NCBI GenBank assembly: GCA_001779925.1
Contig: MFEK01000007.1
Coordinates: 4,108-68,107 of the forward strand
Length of the DNA stretch: 64,000 bases
Direction: 5' to 3'
Source of the DNA: Candidatus Doudnabacteria bacterium RIFCSPHIGHO2_01_FULL_46_14
GTDB lineage: Bacteria > Patescibacteriota > Doudnabacteria > UBA920 > 2-01-FULL-46-14
Shown here: piece by piece, positions 63,200 to 64,000 of the stretch
How the letters are laid out: each line of letters begins with the position of its first letter
How positions within the stretch are numbered: the stretch's first letter is position 1
Made by a program: the position numbers and the translations under genes
Notes under the pieces: model-generated
Database searches by the model: none
What the model saw: the letters and a program-made list of their open reading frames with translations, nothing else
What the model was told of the DNA's origin: nothing

Positions 63200-64000
63200 T
63201 TATGGAGTAATGATGGTCGGACCACCGGGATTAGTGCCTCCAGGGCTTGGATTTGCTCCCGAAGGCGGCGCGCCAGGAACATTTCCGGGCGTTCCCGGTG
63301 CATTAGGTCCAGGTGTGGTCAATCCCGGCCCGCCGCCAGGAAATGTGGTAGTGCTTCGCGCTCCGCTGCCAAAACCCGTTGGAGGCGTGATTATTGGTTG
63401 CGCCGCACCTCCTCCCTGGCCTGCCCCGCTCCCTCCTCTGGCACTTCTTGGTTCCCCTGGCAGGTCGCTAATATTAATTCTTTCGATTGCTCCTTGGCCA
63501 GCAGAAGGAATCCCCTTAGCATCAAGATACTCATTAAAATTTGTAGCAAAATGACTGCGTTGTTCATAGGTGAATAAACGATCGCTTCCTGTTATGGCAT
63601 TGAACATTTTTCGGTTCAAGCGTGCAGTTGTTACCATCTTGTCCATGCCACGGATGTGCTGAGTCTGCTGCTCTTCTAATAATTCTTTCTTATGCGTGTC
63701 ACCACCGGACTTTGCCGTGATATCTATGTTCGTTTGTTTGACAATGTCATAATCAGGCAGTTCCCATTTACCTGTAGCAGAGTCCTGCAAAGCCCCGAAA
63801 CCCTGCAGTAAACGGCCCTGGCTTTCATGGATACGAGCGGTAATAGATTCGATGATGTTTGGCCCGACTTCATGGGTCAGCATTGAACCTAAAAGGTTCA
63901 TCCTAGTCCAGCCCTCATTTGGGTCCTGGTCGTCAATCACGGCTGCCTCAATATTTCTCGCATGCGTACCGGCATTGCCGCGCCGCAGCTTGATATGCGC
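63200..64000 (-). CDS. 3' part of a large hypothetical protein (partial)
   Basis: Frame stays open to the window edge; Gly/Pro-rich tail. Confidence 0.7.
   Translation of the reverse strand, partial: AHIKLRRGNAGTHARNIEAAVIDDQDPNEGWTRMNLLGSMLTHEVGPNIIESITARIHESQGRLLQGFGALQDSATGKWELPDYDIVKQTNIDITAKSGGDTHKKELLEEQQTQHIRGMDKMVTTARLNRKMFNAITGSDRLFTYEQRSHFATNFNEYLDAKGIPSAGQGAIERINISDLPGEPRSARGGSGAGQGGGAAQPIITPPTGFGSGARSTTTFPGGGPGLTTPGPNAPGTPGNVPGAPPSGANPSPGGTNPGGPTIITP

Noticed and set aside
1-64000. Alternative genetic code (UGA = Gly)
   Set aside because: prfA, add, dnaE, clpC and recG end at TGA at expected lengths and have no internal TGA.

Overview
Bacterial chromosome window in genetic code 11. 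Gene content suggests Patescibacteria (CPR); this is an inference. It carries translation and housekeeping genes (rpsB, tsf, rpmE, rpmG, rplY, prfA, prmC, thrS, gatCAB, miaA, dnaE, recG, recX, clpC, comF, rodA, lemA, htpX). It also has a purine interconversion cluster (guaB-add-guaA-purA), a two-component cluster, a PIN/RHH toxin-antitoxin pair, an ECF sigma/anti-sigma pair and a VirB4/PrgI T4SS-like locus. There are seven canonical tRNAs, one split by a group I intron, a T-box leader before thrS, and a complete IS1595 element that carries a tRNA-like gene. The most unusual signal is several families of very small mobile-looking elements: (A) about 30-nt twin hairpins at junctions where a tRNA or rpmG fragment was displaced and replaced, once with a GIY-YIG gene; (B) 65-99 bp MITEs that land in ATGAA start codons and rebuild a GTG start; (C) C/G-rich nested palindromes inserted in frame in essential proteins; (D) inverted TACGAA arrays that bracket GxxExxY nuclease genes and also occur as empty copies at gene junctions. 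All calls come from reading the sequence by eye; no database search was run.
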